This document shows, in pieces, positions 55,818 to 57,836 of a stretch of 57,836 nucleotides of DNA. Location of the stretch: the NCBI GenBank assembly GCA_036399995.1, contig DASWMA010000510.1:1-57836 (forward strand). Direction: 5' to 3'. A model generated the notes under the pieces. That model made no database searches, was not told where the DNA came from, and was given only the letters and a program-made list of their open reading frames with translations. Within the stretch, counting starts at the first letter, position 1. Each line of letters starts with the position of its first letter. The translations under genes were made by a program, and so were the position numbers. The stretch comes from Longimicrobium sp. Its GTDB lineage: Bacteria; Gemmatimonadota; Gemmatimonadetes; Longimicrobiales; Longimicrobiaceae.

Positions 55818-56828
55818 ATGCGCCGCACCCGCACCGCCGCAGTCCTGCTCCTTGCCGCGTCGCTCGCCGCCTGCACGGCGGACACCCCCACCGACGCCGT
55901 CCGCCAGCCGATTTCGCCGCGGCGCGCGGCCACGTGGGTCGATGGGACCTACAACAGCATCTACGGCGCGCGCTTCTACCGCGTCTACATCCCGTCCACC
56001 TACACCGGCACGCCGCGCCCGCTGATGGTGATGCTGCACGGCTGCCTGCAGGACGGCTACGACTTCGCGGCGGGCACGCGGATGAACTCGTTCGCCGAGA
56101 GCCGCAACTTCATCGTCCTCTACCCCGAGCAGGGGACGGCGTACAACGGGTCGGACTGCTGGAACTGGTACTCCACCTCCAACCAGGTGCGCGGCTCGGG
56201 CGAGCCCAGCGTGATCGCGGGGATGATCGACTGGGTGAAGGCCAACTACGCGGTGGACGGCACTCGCGTGGGCGTGGCCGGCTTCAGCGCCGGCGCGGCG
56301 ATGGCCACGACCATGGCCTGCACCTACCCCGACAGGGTGCGCAAGCTGGCCGAGGTGGCGGGGATCATGTACGGCGGCGCGACGACGGCGGTGGGCGGCA
56401 CCAACGCGATGCTCTACGGCAGCATCTACGATCCGAATTCGATGGGCACCGAGTGCTCGAACCGGATGGCGGCGGGCGGGCGAAGGGTGATCCCCACGCT
56501 GGTGTTCCACGGGAGCGCGGACGGCACGGTGAACGTGGTCAACGCGCACCAGACTGCGCAGCATTGGACGCAGACCAACGACCTCGCGAGCGACGGCGCC
56601 GACAACGGCAACGTGGACAACACGGCCGACGCCACGGTCAACGGCACCACCTGCCGCAGCTACACGCGCTACGACTACCGGAACAGCACGAACTCGGCGA
56701 CGGTGGTGCGGAAGTACATCATCAGCGGGTTGGGCCACCGCTGGCCGGGCGGCAGCAGCGCCGGCACCTACACCGACGCCTGCGCCCCCGATGCCAGCCA
56801 GATCATCGTCGACTTCTTCGGCTTCTGA
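55818..56828 (+). CDS. PHB depolymerase family esterase, lipoprotein
   Basis: LAAC lipobox; VMLHGCLQ, YPEQ, CWNW, GFSAG lipase box, HGSAD.TV, GHRWPGG; GGAGG RBS. Confidence 0.9.
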   Translation: MRRTRTAAVLLLAASLAACTADTPTDAVRQPISPRRAATWVDGTYNSIYGARFYRVYIPSTYTGTPRPLMVMLHGCLQDGYDFAAGTRMNSFAESRNFIVLYPEQGTAYNGSDCWNWYSTSNQVRGSGEPSVIAGMIDWVKANYAVDGTRVGVAGFSAGAAMATTMACTYPDRVRKLAEVAGIMYGGATTAVGGTNAMLYGSIYDPNSMGTECSNRMAAGGRRVIPTLVFHGSADGTVNVVNAHQTAQHWTQTNDLASDGADNGNVDNTADATVNGTTCRSYTRYDYRNSTNSATVVRKYIISGLGHRWPGGSSAGTYTDACAPDASQIIVDFFGF

Positions 56829-56876
56829 ACAGCAGGGGACAGGGGACAGGGGACAGGGGACAGCCAGCAGTTCGCG

Positions 56877-57046
56877 GTTGCAGTTCTCCCCTCCCCCCGC
56901 GCAGCGGGGGGAGGGGCCGGGGGAGGGGGGCCGGCCGCGGCAGCACAGGTGCTGGGGCTTCCGCGCAGAAACCGCGGCCGTTTGCAGTTGAAGTTGCAGT
57001 TCCCCCCTTCTCCTGCGGTTCGGGAGAAGGGGCCGGGGGATGAGGG
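56877..57046 (+). repeat. Family D double-hairpin element, copy 2; preceded by (GGGACAG)4
   Basis: Near-identical to 55640-55764 with an internal insertion. Confidence 0.85.
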
Positions 57047-57069
57047 CCCGTCCGTTCACCGCAGAAGCC

Positions 57070-57836
57070 ATGACCATGACGCGAACGCTGCTGGCGATCG
57101 CAGCCGCCCTGACCATGACCAGCGCCATGCCCGATGACGCCTCGTCGCAGGCCGCCGCCGCACCGTCGGCCCCGGCCGCCGGCAGCTTCGAGTGGCACAC
57201 CTACACCGGGCCCGAGGGCACGCGGCGCTACCGGCTGTTCGTCCCCGCCAAGCTCGAGGCGGGCCGGCCCGCGCCGCTGGTGGTGATGCTGCACGGCTGC
57301 ACGCAGGACCCCGACGACTTCGCCCGTGGCACGCGCTTCAACCACGCCGCGGCGGACGCGGGGGTGATCGTGGCCTGGCCCGAGCAGGCGCAGGCCCACC
57401 AGCCGATGAAGTGCTGGAACTGGTACGACCCCGGCCACCAGTCGCCCCGCGGCGAGCCCGCGCTGGTCGCCGCCGTCGCGCGGCAGGTGATGGCGGCGCA
57501 GAGCGTCGATCCGAAGCGCGTCTACGTGGCCGGTGTCTCGGCGGGCGCGGCGATGGCGGTGAACACGGCCGCGAGCTACCCCGAGCTGTTCGCGGCCGTG
57601 GGCACGCACTCCGGCATCTCGTACCGCGCCGCCAGCGACGTGCCGCAGGCGCTCGCCGTGATGCGCTCCGGCACCACCGACCCCGCGATCGGCGCCTACG
57701 CGCTGCAGGACGCGCTCGGCGGGCGAACGCTGCCGCTGATCGCCATCCACGGCGGCGCCGACGCGGTGGTGTTCCCCGTCAACTCGCGCCAGCTCGCCGC
57801 GCAGTGGGCCGGTGTGATGCGGCTGCAGTCCTCCGC
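57070..57836 (+). CDS. Second PHB depolymerase family esterase, secreted (runs off window end)
   Basis: Manual translation: MTMTRTLLAIAAAL...VMLHGCTQD...PEQ...CWNW...VYVAGVSAGAAMA...HSG...IHGGADAVV; absent from the ORF track because it is truncated. Confidence 0.88.
   Translation, partial: MTMTRTLLAIAAALTMTSAMPDDASSQAAAAPSAPAAGSFEWHTYTGPEGTRRYRLFVPAKLEAGRPAPLVVMLHGCTQDPDDFARGTRFNHAAADAGVIVAWPEQAQAHQPMKCWNWYDPGHQSPRGEPALVAAVARQVMAAQSVDPKRVYVAGVSAGAAMAVNTAASYPELFAAVGTHSGISYRAASDVPQALAVMRSGTTDPAIGAYALQDALGGRTLPLIAIHGGADAVVFPVNSRQLAAQWAGVMRLQSS

Noticed and set aside
46142..57836. Interpretation as a fatty-acid/polyketide biosynthetic cluster
   Set aside because: No ACP, KAS II or PKS, the FabH lacks decarboxylation residues, and import machinery plus exported esterases under LacI point to catabolism; not fully excluded because the locus is truncated
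1..57836. tRNA/rRNA genes
   Set aside because: No cloverleaf with T-loop/CCA pattern or rRNA-like segment noticed by eye; tRNAscan/Infernal would be decisive

Overview
GC-rich bacterial chromosomal window with about 50 CDSs. Gene style suggests a Gemmatimonadota, Longimicrobium-like organism (inference only). I found no rRNA, tRNA, CRISPR array or transposase. The housekeeping and stress background comprises an ABC exporter, several two-component genes, YgfZ, DUF1802, a LigC-type ligase plus stand-alone LigD-type polymerase, SbcCD, an SDR, an MFS transporter, MurJ, NRDE and a metallophosphoesterase. The most striking feature is a co-oriented locus from 46.1 kb to the window end. It encodes LacI with tandem palindromic operators, a FabH-fold enzyme lacking the decarboxylation His/Asn, an acyl-CoA ligase, a membrane protein plus Na+/solute symporter, a MaoC/PhaJ hydratase, a TonB-dependent receptor and two exported PHB-depolymerase-family esterases. 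Together these look like a PUL-style polyester (PHB) utilisation locus. Other highlights: a single-chain TIR-CHAT-STAND-TPR candidate immune protein; a lower-GC OB-fold/PIN two-gene islet; a pnuC-nadR pair embedded between TIGR04282- and TIGR04283-type transferases; a MurJ with N-terminal D-x-T-x-L-M repeats; a divergent pair of secreted repeat-rich paralogues; and several intergenic repeat families, one with clear stem covariation. All family assignments come from motifs read by eye, not from database searches.
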